DNA of 64,000 nt from an uncultured Clostridia bacterium (GTDB lineage: Bacteria; Bacillota; Clostridia; TANB77; CAG-508): positions 15,128-79,127 of the forward strand of contig CALXHF010000006.1 in NCBI GenBank assembly GCA_944388035.1, written 5' to 3'. Of this stretch, positions 1-10,066 are shown piece after piece. The notes beneath the pieces are model-generated. The model saw only the letters and a program-made list of their open reading frames with translations, was not told the DNA's origin and made no database searches. Position numbers and translations under genes: made by a program. Within the stretch, counting starts at the first letter, position 1. Each line of letters begins with the position of its first letter.

Positions 1-887
1 GCTCCTCTTGGTGCTCTAATATCTACTCCTGTATGTAATTTATACACTCCTGTAATTGGGTGTGTTCTCATACCATATTTAGATGTTATTACAGTATATC
101 CAGGAACTGGCCAAGCAAGTTCACCACCTATGTATTCTGCTGCAATACTTCCTTGTGCTAAGGCTAAAATTTCTCTATTTATTTCATCAAATCTATTATT
201 ATATTCATCTATTTGTGCTTGAATTTCTTTTTCTTTATCTGATAATTTAGCAATTAGATTTTCTCTAACTGATCTAGTATTTTCTAAAACTCTAGCTGTT
301 TTAGTTTGGTTTGCTTTAATTTCTGATAGACTTTTTTTATCATTTTCCAATTTTTCTTTTGAAAGATTTATTTCATCTTTTTTTGCTTGCATATCATCTA
401 ACAAGTCCATTTCGTAACTAGCAAGCTCTGAAATTAGAAAATAGCTTGATAAAAATTCAGAAATACTCTTAGAGCTAAGTAATACATCTAAATATTCAGT
501 TTCATCTGATTCTTGTACAGCAATTAAATAATTATCTAATAACTTTTTTTGTGAATTATATGCATCTTCTACTTTTTTTAGATTATTTTCTACTTCTTCC
601 ATTGAAGTTTGTAACTCTTCTATTTGTGAATTCAAACCATTTAGCTCTTGCTCAGATTCAGAAATTCTTTCATCTAATTTTTGTATTTGTTGTAAATTTT
701 CTGATAAATCATTTTGTACTCCTTCTAATTGTCCATTTGCCTCGTTCATTTGGTTTTGTATTTCATTTCTTTCATTTTGTAAATTCTCTACTGCTGTGTT
801 ACCTGTTTCATTATTTGCTTGTACATAAGGAAAAATACTAAATAAACATATTACAAAAGCTAAAATAATAATTAAAAACTTTCGCAT
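1..887 (-). CDS. M23/LytM-family peptidoglycan endopeptidase with signal peptide and long coiled coil (EnvC/PcsB-like FtsEX partner); 3' end runs off the window
   Basis: Reverse translation from ATG 887 (RBS AAAGGAG) gives signal peptide MRKFLIIILAFVICLFSIFPYVQA, a long heptad-rich region, then ...AWPVPGYTVITSKYGMRTHPITGVYKLHTGVDIRAPRG (M23 HxxxD motif). Absent from the ORF track because there is no stop inside the window. Directly downstream of ftsE-ftsX. Confidence 0.85.
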   Translation of the reverse strand, partial: MRKFLIIILAFVICLFSIFPYVQANNETGNTAVENLQNERNEIQNQMNEANGQLEGVQNDLSENLQQIQKLDERISESEQELNGLNSQIEELQTSMEEVENNLKKVEDAYNSQKKLLDNYLIAVQESDETEYLDVLLSSKSISEFLSSYFLISELASYEMDLLDDMQAKKDEINLSKEKLENDKKSLSEIKANQTKTARVLENTRSVRENLIAKLSDKEKEIQAQIDEYNNRFDEINREILALAQGSIAAEYIGGELAWPVPGYTVITSKYGMRTHPITGVYKLHTGVDIRAPRG

Positions 888-897
888 ATTTTCTCCT

Positions 898-1810
898 TTA
901 TACTTTTAAATATTTTCTCATAGAAATCACACTTCCAAGTACACCAATACCAATTCCTAGTAGCATATAAACAAATATTATTGAGCTAAACATATCGCTA
1001 AAGCTAATTAAACTCATATTTATTAATTGCATAAATTCTGCATTTACTAACTTTTCTGCCACAAAATTATATGCAAAACCTACAATTACAATTGATATTA
1101 TACTTGATAAAATTCCTATAATCATACCTTCTACTATAAAAGGCCATCTTATAAAATTATTTGTTGCACCTACATATTTCATAATTGAAATTTCTTTTCT
1201 TCTTGCATGTACTGTAAGTTTAATCGTATTTGCTATAATAAATATAGAAATAATAACTAATAATATTAAAATTACTCCTGTTACAATTTTAATTCCATTT
1301 GCTAAATTTATTAAAGTTGAAGTAACTTCATCTTTACTATTGATTTTTTTTACAACATCTGTATATGTACTTATTTGATCTTGCACAGCTTTACTTTTAG
1401 TCAAATCTGTTAGAGTTACTACATATGAAGCTGTAAAAATATTATTTTCACCTTCATATCCTTCTAGTAAATCTTGTCTTTCCCCAAATCTTTCTTTCAT
1501 TTGTTCTAAAGCTTCATCTTTTGAAACAAATTCTACTGTATTTACTCCGGTCTATTGCTCTTATTTTTTCACCTAATTCGTCAATTTGTTCTTGTGTTGC
1601 TTCATTTTTAACAAATACAGAAATTCCTTGTTCTGATTCTACTTCATTTACAAAGTGATTGATATTTTCTCCTAAGATTAAAAATATTCCAAATATAATC
1701 ATAGTAGCACACATAATCATAAGAGAAGCACCAGTTGATTTTTTGTTTTTAAATACATTACTAAATCCTTCACCTATAAAATATCCTAATATGCTATATT
1801 TCATAATCAT
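898..1810 (-). CDS. ftsX: Cell-division ABC permease FtsX; needs a +1 frame change at in-frame CGG (plus 1547-1549)
   Basis: ORFs 1514..1828 (...GEKIRAID) and 898..1500 (MKERFGE... plus C-terminal TM helices) are two halves of one FtsX. Skipping the C of CGG gives AID|GVNTVEFVSKDEALEQMKERFGE. Start is ATG 1810 or 1804. Length minus 1 is divisible by 3. Confidence 0.85.
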
Positions 1811-2480
1811 AACCGCCTTTTTTATCATCTCTAATTATTTCGCCCTTGCGAATGTGTATAACTCTTTTTTTCATTTGATTTACTATGTCTTTAGCGTGTG
1901 TTGCAACAACTACTGTTGTTCCTCTCATATTGATATCATTTAATAAGTTCATAATATCCCAAGCTGTATCTGGATCTAAGTTTCCTGTTGGCTCATCTGC
2001 AATAAGCATTGAAGGATTGTTAACTAAAGCTCTAGCTAATGCAACTCTTTGTTGTTCTCCACCAGATAATTCATTTGGATACATTTTAGCCTTTCCACTC
2101 AAACCTACAAGTGATAAAACCATTGGTACTTGTCTTCTTATATGTCTTGGTGTTGCTCTTACAATATACATAGCATATGCTACATTATCATATACAGTTT
2201 TATCTGGTAAAAGTCTAAAATCTTGGAATACAACTCCCATACTTCTTCTTAAATATGGTATTCTATTAGGTTTTAAGAAAGTTGTATCTTTTCCATTTAT
2301 AATTATATTTCCTGATGTTGGTTCTTCTTCTTTTAATATTAATTTAATAAGTGTTGATTTTCCACTTCCTGATGAGCCTACTAAAAATGCAAATTCTCCT
2401 TTGTCTATAACAAAATTAGCATTTTTAACAGCTTTAGTTCCTGTGTCATATATCTTTGTAACATTTCTAAATTCTATCAT
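1794..2480 (-). CDS. ftsE: Cell-division ABC ATPase FtsE
   Basis: Walker A GSSGSGKST, signature LSGGEQQR, Walker B LIADEPTGNLD. ATG 2480 follows AAGGAG. ftsE-ftsX-M23 synteny. Confidence 0.95.
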   Translation of the reverse strand: MIEFRNVTKIYDTGTKAVKNANFVIDKGEFAFLVGSSGSGKSTLIKLILKEEEPTSGNIIINGKDTTFLKPNRIPYLRRSMGVVFQDFRLLPDKTVYDNVAYAMYIVRATPRHIRRQVPMVLSLVGLSGKAKMYPNELSGGEQQRVALARALVNNPSMLIADEPTGNLDPDTAWDIMNLLNDINMRGTTVVVATHAKDIVNQMKKRVIHIRKGEIIRDDKKGGYDYEI

Positions 2481-2742
2481 TTCCGCACTCCTTATTTTTT
2501 TGGTTTGTGGCATAATACTCTATCTTACTTTACTACTTTATCATATCAATAAACTATAAATTTTGCAATAGCTTTTAAGGAAAAAATTGATAGAAAATGT
2601 TGGTTTTTTTCTTTTATTTTCACTTTTCCTCGTTTTTTCTCTTATTTTCAAAATTCACAAAAAATTCACAAAAGAAAAATTAGGAACACACCTAGATAAA
2701 GATGTGTTCCTAATTGGTCAAAATGTCCAAAATGAAACGTCC

Positions 2743-3672
2743 CTAAAATTGTTCTATTATTTCTTTTGCTGTTATTCCGAAATATTCCATTAATTTTTCT
2801 GCTTTTCCTGATTTTCCAAAAGTGTCTTTTATTCCTAATCTTACTAATTTTTTAGGATATTCTTCTATTAAAACTTCTGCGATTGCAGAACCTAAACCTC
2901 CTATTATGTTATGGTCTTCTATAGATATTAATTTCTCTGTTTCTTTAGCACATTTTATAATTGCTTCTTTGTCTATTGGTTTTATTGTATGAATATCTAC
3001 TACTCTAATATCTTTTCCTTTTTCTTTTAAAATATCTTTTGCAATCAAAGCTTGTTCTACAGTTATTCCTGTTGCAAATATTGTACCATCTTTTCCTTCT
3101 CCTATTTGTATTGCCTTTCCTATTTCAAATTTCATATCTTCATTATATATCCCCATCGTTTTTACACGTGCTAGTCTTAAATATACAGGTCCATTTATTT
3201 TTGATATTTCTTTTACTGCCCATTTTGTTTCTACATCATCGCAAGTTGACATTACTATCATATTTGGCATTGTTCTCATTAATGATATATCTTCTATCAT
3301 TTGATGTGTTGCTCCGTCTTCTCCTACTGTTATGCCACTATGTGTTGCACATATTTTTACATTTTGTTTTGGATATGCTATACTACACCTTATTTGGTCA
3401 TAGCTTCTTCCTGCTGCAAATACCGCAAATGTACTTGCATATGGTATTTTACCACAACTAGCTAAACCTGATGCAACTCCCATCATATTTGCTTCTGATA
3501 TTCCAATATCAAAAAATCTATCCGGATATTCTTTTGCAAATTTTTCTGTTTTAGTTGCAGTTGATAAATCTGCATCTAATACAACGATATTTTTATTTTC
3601 ATTTCCAAGCTCTAGTAAAGCTTCTCCATAACTTTCTCTTGTTGCTTTTTTTATTTTTTCCATAAAATACAC
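2743..3672 (-). CDS. Transketolase, C-terminal (pyrimidine-binding) subunit
   Basis: 309-aa ORF with SYGEALLELG, ISEANMMGVASGLA, THQMIEDISLMR. Adjacent to the N-terminal subunit gene, the two-gene arrangement common in Clostridia. Confidence 0.9.
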   Translation of the reverse strand: MYFMEKIKKATRESYGEALLELGNENKNIVVLDADLSTATKTEKFAKEYPDRFFDIGISEANMMGVASGLASCGKIPYASTFAVFAAGRSYDQIRCSIAYPKQNVKICATHSGITVGEDGATHQMIEDISLMRTMPNMIVMSTCDDVETKWAVKEISKINGPVYLRLARVKTMGIYNEDMKFEIGKAIQIGEGKDGTIFATGITVEQALIAKDILKEKGKDIRVVDIHTIKPIDKEAIIKCAKETEKLISIEDHNIIGGLGSAIAEVLIEEYPKKLVRLGIKDTFGKSGKAEKLMEYFGITAKEIIEQF

Positions 3673-3679
3673 TCCTTAT

Positions 3680-4507
3680 CTATTTTAACTCTTCCATTGC
3701 AATTTTATATTGTTCTTCATCTGGTGCTTTTCCGTGCCATTCCACTTTATTTTCCATATAAGATACACCTTTTCCTTTTATTGTTTTTGCAATTATTGCT
3801 ACTGGTTTTCCTTTAACATTTTTTGCAACTTCAAAAGCTGATTTTATTTCTTCTATATTATGACCGTCTATATTTATTATTTGAAAACCAAAGCTTTTAA
3901 ATTTTTCATCTATTTTATTTAATCCTGCCACTTCTTCTATAGTTCCGTCTATTTGTAAATTATTATTATCTACTATTACACATAAATTGTCTAATTTATG
4001 TTTTGTAGCTGACATAACAGCCTCCCAAACTTGACCTTCTTCTATTTCACCATCTCCTAAAAGACAATAAACTCTATAATTTCTATTATCTAATTTTCCA
4101 GCAATTGCCATACCTACTGCTGTTGATATTCCTTGTCCTAATGAGCCTGTTGACATATCAACTCCTGGTACTTTTGTCATATCTGGGTGTCCTTGTAAAT
4201 TACTTTCTATTTTTCTAAAGTTTTCTAATTCTTTTATATCAAAAAAACCTCTATTTGCAAGACAACTATATAAAGTGGGAACACAATGTCCTTTTGATAA
4301 TACAAACCTGTCCCTATCTTCCCATTTAATATTTTTTTCATCTACATTTAATTCATAAAAATATAGAACTGTCATTATATCTGCAATAGATAAAGAGCCA
4401 CCAGGATGTCCTGAACCTGCTCTATATACTTGTTCTATTATTCCTCTTCTTATTTTTTTTGCCATATTTTCTAACTCTCTATTATCTTCTATTTTCAAAA
4501 ATATCAC
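3680..4507 (-). CDS. Transketolase, N-terminal (TPP-binding) subunit
   Basis: GSGHPGGSLS and GDGEIEEGQVWEA motifs. Start uncertain (GTG 4507, TTG 4498 or ATG 4465). Confidence 0.9.
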   Translation of the reverse strand: MIFLKIEDNRELENMAKKIRRGIIEQVYRAGSGHPGGSLSIADIMTVLYFYELNVDEKNIKWEDRDRFVLSKGHCVPTLYSCLANRGFFDIKELENFRKIESNLQGHPDMTKVPGVDMSTGSLGQGISTAVGMAIAGKLDNRNYRVYCLLGDGEIEEGQVWEAVMSATKHKLDNLCVIVDNNNLQIDGTIEEVAGLNKIDEKFKSFGFQIINIDGHNIEEIKSAFEVAKNVKGKPVAIIAKTIKGKGVSYMENKVEWHGKAPDEEQYKIAMEELK

Positions 4508-4607
4508 CTACCTATGTACTTAATATAACACATCAAATATTTTTTTACTACTTTTTTAGAAAAAAATCTCACAAAAGTTTTTTTATTTACTCTTGTGAGA
4601 TTTATAA

Positions 4608-5135
4608 CTATTCTTCTGGTTCTACTAAACCATAATTTTTACCATCTTTTAATTTATGTACAACATTTACTTTTCCTGTTTCAACATTTATAAAAGCTAA
4701 GAAACTATGTGTTGGTTTTTCTTGTAATTTTAATACTGCATCTTCTGGAAGCATTGGTTTTATTTCATAATAAGATGTTTTTATTATTTCACCTTCTATA
4801 TCTTGGTGCTTTTCTTCATTTACTTCCATTGTTCTAATTGAACCTTCTCTAAGCATTTTTTCTTTTTTAGTTTTTGCTTTTCTGATTTGCCCTTCTAATA
4901 TATCAATATCTTTATCAATAGAAGCATACATATCTTTATCTTCAGTTACTGCTCTATATTTTTCTCCATTTGCTGTTACATATATTTCAGCAATTTGTTC
5001 ATTTTTTTCAGTTTTTAATGTAACTTCAGCTTCTGCATTATCAAAATATTTATCAATTCTGTCTAATTTTCTTTCTACGTAATCATTTATTGCTTCTGTT
5101 ATCTTTAGTTCCTTTCCTATTATTTTTATTTTCAT
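4608..5135 (-). CDS. hpf: Ribosome hibernation-promoting factor (long HPF)
   Basis: 175-aa ORF with a typical N-terminal S30AE domain (MKIKIIGKELKITEAINDYVERKL) and a C-terminal dimerisation domain. Confidence 0.9.
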   Translation of the reverse strand: MKIKIIGKELKITEAINDYVERKLDRIDKYFDNAEAEVTLKTEKNEQIAEIYVTANGEKYRAVTEDKDMYASIDKDIDILEGQIRKAKTKKEKMLREGSIRTMEVNEEKHQDIEGEIIKTSYYEIKPMLPEDAVLKLQEKPTHSFLAFINVETGKVNVVHKLKDGKNYGLVEPEE

Positions 5136-5356
5136 AAAAATCGCTCCCTTCTCTTTTAAAGTTAAATCTTTTTAGTATATTTTTATTATATATGTTATTT
5201 TATTTTTTTTCAAGTTTTTTAGAATAATTCTTCTAACTTATATTCTCTTTCTGTTTTTTATAGGAACCATATAAATTAGTTTGTTTAAATTTATTTTAAA
5301 TTAGTATTTTGTTTTTTACAATACAGTAATCTTTTATATAAATATTTATTATTTGG

Positions 5357-5385
5357 TTGACAAGTTTATTTTTATTATATATAAT
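5357..5385 (+). promoter_or_regulatory. Consensus sigma-A promoter for the small membrane-protein gene
   Basis: TTGACA (5357-5362), 17-nt spacer, TATAAT (5380-5385). Confidence 0.7.
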
Positions 5386-5510
5386 AATTTTGGTTTTGGA
5401 CGCTCACCTAGATATCTTAGTTGCAATAAATAACAGCAAATTATTTTTTAGTTTGTTGTTATCAATTGCAACTAAATGCAATTGTTTCGTTTAAGGGGGT
5501 GAGTGCAAAA

Positions 5511-5699
5511 ATGGAGATCGCAACACTTGCAGTTAAGTACTTAGGTACAGCTTTAATTTCTCTTATTGTCGGTTTCGTAATTTGTTTTTTATCTGCTTTA
5601 GGCTATACTAAATATGTACGTTTCCAAGATAAGAAAAAGAGATTGAAGTTCATACAGACAATTTTAAACTTCAATCCAATACCAAAGAGTGAGGCTTAG
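5511..5699 (+). CDS. 62-aa single-TM small protein with basic tail (type I toxin-like candidate)
   Basis: ATG 5511 behind AAGGGGGTGAG. Protein is MEIATLAVKYLGTALISLIVGFVICFLSALGYTKYVRFQDKKKRLKF.... Long structured 5' UTR. The ORF-track start at 5466 lacks an RBS. Confidence 0.5.
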   Translation: MEIATLAVKYLGTALISLIVGFVICFLSALGYTKYVRFQDKKKRLKFIQTILNFNPIPKSEA

Positions 5700-5720
5700 C
5701 CTTGCTCTATTTTTATTTTA
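5687..5720 (+). terminator. Rho-independent terminator overlapping the small-ORF stop codon
   Basis: Stem GAGTGAGGC / GCCTTGCTC (two G-U pairs), loop TTA, followed by TATTTTTATTTTA. Confidence 0.55.
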
Positions 5721-5779
5721 TTGATTATTTTTTATTTTATTCTAATCAATATTTTTTGTAAAATTTCTTTTACAATTAT

Positions 5780-5808
5780 ATTTTAGCATTTATTTATTTC
5801 ATTGTCAA
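5780..5808 (-). promoter_or_regulatory. Strong minus-strand promoter convergent on the small ORF (candidate antisense RNA promoter)
   Basis: Minus strand reads TTGACA (5808-5803), 17 nt, TGcTAAAAT (extended -10, 5785-5780). No minus-strand CDS follows until hpf, about 640 bp away. Confidence 0.45.
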
Positions 5809-5827
5809 TGTTTCTTTATTGATTTTT

Positions 5828-6556
5828 TTAGAATAATTCTTCTAACTTGTACTCTTTTTCTAATTTTTGGTCAAAATATATTTTAGTTATCAATTTAAAC
5901 TCTTCTAAAGCTTCTTCTTTTATATTAAAAGAATATAATTTTTTTGCAGGTGCTGTAAGGGTATATATAATTGCACTTCTTGCACTTTTGCTTATTTCAA
6001 TTACTGATGTATCTTGTTTTCCACAAATACTACACTTAAAACCATCATCTTTTATACTAAAATATTCTAGATTTTCCTTTTCTTTGCAATTTACACACTC
6101 TCTTATATTTGGAGTAAAACCTAATATTGATAAAAGCCTTAATTTAAATATACTAAATACCAAATCTAAGTTTTTATCAGTTTCAGATATTGTATAAAGT
6201 GTATTTAATAATAATTGTAAAATATTATAACAATTCTGATTTTCATTTGTTACATCTTGTACTATTTTATTTATATTAACAGCATATTTTAGTTTATCTA
6301 AATCTGTTCTTAAATTATAAAAAATTTCAATTGGTTCTACTGAATTTATATGATATGTACTTGTCCCTTTATATACCATATATTCTCCAAAGCAAAACAT
6401 CTGCGTTCCTGCTAAAAGAGCACTCTTAGGTCTTCTTGCTCCTTTAGCAACACAAGATATTTTTCCTATTCCTGGTGTTAACATTGTAATCATTTTATCA
6501 AAATCACCAAGGTTATGTTCAGAAAGTATTATCCCATTTATTTTTCGGCTCGCCAT
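5828..6556 (-). CDS. recO: DNA repair protein RecO
   Basis: 242 aa with an N-terminal OB-fold region and a CxxC...CxxC zinc motif (CVNC..CSIC). era-yqzL-recO synteny. Confidence 0.9.
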   Translation of the reverse strand: MASRKINGIILSEHNLGDFDKMITMLTPGIGKISCVAKGARRPKSALLAGTQMFCFGEYMVYKGTSTYHINSVEPIEIFYNLRTDLDKLKYAVNINKIVQDVTNENQNCYNILQLLLNTLYTISETDKNLDLVFSIFKLRLLSILGFTPNIRECVNCKEKENLEYFSIKDDGFKCSICGKQDTSVIEISKSARSAIIYTLTAPAKKLYSFNIKEEALEEFKLITKIYFDQKLEKEYKLEELF

Positions 6557-6683
6557 CTTTTTCTATATCCTTTTCCTTATTATATTCTATATTTTTTTCT
6601 ATATTTTCTATCTGTTTTAATTCTAAAAAAGTATTTATATCTCCTGTATTCTTAAAAGCATCCCATGCAATTTTCTTTATCAT
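6519..6683 (-). CDS. YqzL-family small protein
   Basis: 54 aa, MIKKIAWDAFKNTGDINTFLELKQIENIEKN.... Lies between era and recO as in other Firmicutes. Below the ORF-track length cutoff. Overlaps the recO start by 38 nt. Confidence 0.55.
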   Translation of the reverse strand: MIKKIAWDAFKNTGDINTFLELKQIENIEKNIEYNKEKDIEKDGEPKNKWDNTF

Positions 6684-6773
6684 AAGCTCACTTCCTTTTT
6701 TATTAAAGTTTTATTTAACTTTAATTTTATCTTTTGCTTTTTTCATCTTTTTTATTCTATTTTTATTTATTTT

Positions 6774-7676
6774 TTATTGTAACTTAAATTTGTTTACAAT
6801 ACTACTATTTTCTTGCCAATCTTCTTTTACTTTAACCCAGGTTTTTAAATTCACTTTTACTCCAAAATTTTCTTCCATATCTAACCTTGCTAACCTTCCT
6901 ATTCTTTTTAACATTTCACCATTTTTACCAATTATAATTCCTTTATGTGAATTTCTTAAGCAATAAATAGTAGCTTCTATATCATAAATATTTTCACCAT
7001 TTTTATTTTTTCTATCTTTCATCTTTGTAACTTCAACATATATTCCGTGTGGCACTTCATCTTGTAATAATTTTAAAGCTTTTTCTCTAATAGTTTCTTC
7101 AGCAAGAGCTCTCATAGTTTGGTCTGTATATTCTTCTTTATCATAATATGCAGGTCCTGGTTTTAAGTTTTTCTCAATTTCGTTAAGAACTATATCTTTA
7201 TATTTGCTCTTTGTTGCAGATATTGGTATAACCGCTTCAAAATCATATTCTTTTCTATATAAATCAATTAATTTTAATAAGTCTTCTTTTTTTACTAAAT
7301 CTATTTTATTAATAATTAAAATTGTTTTACATTTTGCCTCTTTTATTTTGTCTAAAATTCTAGTATCTCCTCTACCAATTTCTTTACTATCTGCTTCTAT
7401 TAAAAACAAAACTATATCAGCATCTTTTAAGCTTGTAAAAGATGTTTCTATCATTACTTCATTTAGTTTAGTTTTAGGCTTGTGAATACCTGGTGTATCT
7501 ACAAAAATAATTTGTGAATTTGGTCTATTTACAATCCCTCTAATTGCTGTTCTTGTTGTTTGAACTTTATTTGCAATTGCAGCTACCTTTTCGCCAACTA
7601 ATAAATTCATTAATGTAGATTTTCCTACATTTGTCCTTCCAATTAAAGTTACAAAACCTGATTTAAATTCTTCCAT
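6774..7676 (-). CDS. era: GTPase Era
   Basis: G1 GRTNVGKST, G3 DTPG, G4 NKID, C-terminal KH domain. Confidence 0.95.
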   Translation of the reverse strand: MEEFKSGFVTLIGRTNVGKSTLMNLLVGEKVAAIANKVQTTRTAIRGIVNRPNSQIIFVDTPGIHKPKTKLNEVMIETSFTSLKDADIVLFLIEADSKEIGRGDTRILDKIKEAKCKTILIINKIDLVKKEDLLKLIDLYRKEYDFEAVIPISATKSKYKDIVLNEIEKNLKPGPAYYDKEEYTDQTMRALAEETIREKALKLLQDEVPHGIYVEVTKMKDRKNKNGENIYDIEATIYCLRNSHKGIIIGKNGEMLKRIGRLARLDMEENFGVKVNLKTWVKVKEDWQENSSIVNKFKLQ

Positions 7677-7876
7677 ATCTTTATTTATTATACTCCTTTT
7701 TTTTGCTAAATTTGTTGAAACTTATACTTTATTTTAATTTTTTATTTTAATATTTTTCTTTTATATTTATATCATATTTTTTATAAATTCTCAAATTTAA
7801 TCAAAAAAAAGAAAGTATTTTTATTTTTCTAATTTCTTTTTATTACATACTTTCTTTCTTTCCTGTTTATTTTAAA

Positions 7877-8755
7877 TTAAATATAAAGTTTTTCAACAAC
7901 AAATTGCGTAAATGATGGTACAGATGCTATCAAATAAAAATTTTCTTTAAATGTTATATACGCTTCTTCTTCTGAACCTATTGAATAATACTCTGGATTA
8001 TCCTCAGAATCAAAATCTACTTCACCTACAAAATATTCTGCTATAAAAGGATTTATTTCATCTATTTCTTTTAACATTTTCTCTGCTTTTTTATAATCAC
8101 TTTTTTTATAATACATAATTGTCATTGGCAATAACATTGATATTGTATAATCTTCTTTGTATTGCTTGTGTAATTTTTCACATTTATCAAATTCTTCAAA
8201 ATAACAATATAATCCTATTAGTACACTTCGAACTCCTAAATTATCATTTTCACATAATCTTAATAATTCTTCACTTTCTTTTACTGCTTCTTTATATCTT
8301 CCCATCATCATTAATTCTTCCAATTTGCTATGTCTTGCTCTCATATATGGTCTTGTTTCTATTATACCCCAAAAATGACCAATATTATCTTCTTCAAGCA
8401 AGCCTTTTTCTTCTAATATTTTTCTTGCTTTTTCTATTGCCCAATCTAATTGTTTTAATCTGTTTACTGGGTTTTTCTCCATATTTGCAAGAAAAACTTG
8501 TGCATCTATATTATCTGGATAAACTTCTAGTGCTTTTTTTGCTAGATTTCTTGCTTCTTTTTCTGTTTCTGCTTCATATGCTTCTTCTAACAATTCATCT
8601 GATTCATATTCTGGAGTATCTTCAAAGTTTATTTCATCCTTATTTAGTTTCTCCAAAAATTTTTGTGTTTCTTTATTTAATTCTTCTTCTGACTCAATTT
8701 CTAAACTATCTAAATGTTTTGTTAATTCTTTTAATATTTTTTCTGATTCTTTCAT
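7877..8755 (-). CDS. Hypothetical acidic helical-repeat (TPR-like) protein
   Basis: Long ORF. ATG 8755 follows AAAGGAG. No family motif that I can name. Confidence 0.55.
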   Translation of the reverse strand: MKESEKILKELTKHLDSLEIESEEELNKETQKFLEKLNKDEINFEDTPEYESDELLEEAYEAETEKEARNLAKKALEVYPDNIDAQVFLANMEKNPVNRLKQLDWAIEKARKILEEKGLLEEDNIGHFWGIIETRPYMRARHSKLEELMMMGRYKEAVKESEELLRLCENDNLGVRSVLIGLYCYFEEFDKCEKLHKQYKEDYTISMLLPMTIMYYKKSDYKKAEKMLKEIDEINPFIAEYFVGEVDFDSEDNPEYYSIGSEEEAYITFKENFYLIASVPSFTQFVVEKLYI

Positions 8756-8819
8756 AAACAGAACTCCTTTCTTTTTTATATTCACATTTTAACATAAACA
8801 TATATCAAATTACAAATCT

Positions 8820-9539
8820 TTACAAAATATTTTTTAATTCTAGTAATTCTTTTATTTCTATATTTGGTTTTATTCCTGTATCATTTTCTAAATTTTTCGA
8901 GTTAAACCAACAAGTATCTATATTATTTTCTATCCCACCTAATACATCTTTTTCTAATTCATCACCTATTATAAGCATTTCATCCACCTTTTTAGTTTCT
9001 ATTTTTTTATAAAATTCATCAAAAAATTCTTTATGTGGTTTCATAAAACCAGCTTCTTCTGCTGTAAATACTAAATTTATATATTTAAAAATTCCTGTTT
9101 TTTCTAATTTACTTTTTGCTGGAATTGTTGGTCCATTTGTTACAATATTTATTTCATAATTTTTATTATACAAATATTCTAGAGTTTCTTTTGCTCCTTC
9201 TATTGGTATTATTTTTTCTTTTAGATAATTTATATATTTATCATTTATTTTTACTGCTTCTTCAAAGCTAATATCTTGGAAAAACATTATAAATCTTTGA
9301 GCTCTTACCCACTTTGTTTTTTCTTCTATTGTTTTAAATTCATATGGATCTTTTAGTTTTTTAGATGCTCTATCTTGCCAATACTTATCATCTAATTTTA
9401 CAAAATCTTCTACTTGATTTTCTCCAAAATATTTATCCATTTCTTTTAATATTTTTCTTATTGCATATTTTCTATTTTCGTTATCATCTATTAGTGTGTT
9501 ATCTAAATCAAATAATATTTTTTTATATTTCTTACTCAT
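8820..9539 (-). CDS. HAD-superfamily hydrolase (YjjG-like nucleotidase type)
   Basis: Motif I FDLDNTL and motif IV IGDELEKDVLGG. Confidence 0.8.
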   Translation of the reverse strand: MSKKYKKILFDLDNTLIDDNENRKYAIRKILKEMDKYFGENQVEDFVKLDDKYWQDRASKKLKDPYEFKTIEEKTKWVRAQRFIMFFQDISFEEAVKINDKYINYLKEKIIPIEGAKETLEYLYNKNYEINIVTNGPTIPAKSKLEKTGIFKYINLVFTAEEAGFMKPHKEFFDEFYKKIETKKVDEMLIIGDELEKDVLGGIENNIDTCWFNSKNLENDTGIKPNIEIKELLELKNIL

Positions 9540-9542
9540 TTT

Positions 9543-9959
9543 CTACTCTCCAAACAATTTATTTTTATATATTTCTACTTGTTTTACCATATGTCCTATA
9601 TTTCCTTCTCCTGCAAATTTTTCAACATTAAAGAAATCTTCATTTTTATCGAGCCAGTATAATTTATTTATTTCTTCTATAACTTCTTTTTCTTTATTTA
9701 ATTTTCCTACATATAATTCTAGTTCCATATCTGACATTTCATATTGGAAATTCATTAGATGTTTTAGATTTATATCTTGTTTTGTTATTCCTGTTTCTTC
9801 TTGTAATTCTCTATATGCTGCATCTAATTCTTTCTCTCCTTGTTCTACTTTTCCACCAACTAAATTGAATTTTCCTTTATAAGGTTCTTTTTCTCTTTTG
9901 CACATAAGTATTTTTTCTTCTTCTTTGTTATACACAAGTATTACATTTAATTTTTTCAT
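9543..9959 (-). CDS. NUDIX hydrolase
   Basis: Nudix box GGKVEQGEKELDAAYRELQEETG. Confidence 0.85.
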   Translation of the reverse strand: MKKLNVILVYNKEEEKILMCKREKEPYKGKFNLVGGKVEQGEKELDAAYRELQEETGITKQDINLKHLMNFQYEMSDMELELYVGKLNKEKEVIEEINKLYWLDKNEDFFNVEKFAGEGNIGHMVKQVEIYKNKLFGE

Positions 9960-10066
9960 ATACTTCTCCTTTTTATTTTATTAAATTTTCTAAAAAACAA
10001 ATTGTTTTTTTATATAATTTTCATTATTTTATCATTTATATCAAAAAAATCCTTAAAACATTTCTA

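Noticed and set aside
2743-4507. Transketolase split into two ORFs, considered as another frameshift case
   Set aside because: The two parts are separate genes, each with its own RBS and start codon and a 7-nt gap. They correspond to the N-terminal and C-terminal subunits found naturally as two genes in many Clostridia. No CGG is involved.
6519-6556. The 38-nt overlap between the yqzL-like ORF and recO, considered as a sign of mis-annotation or frameshift
   Set aside because: Both frames are independently supported by family-like sequence, and short overlaps are common in this compact operon. No frame break is needed.
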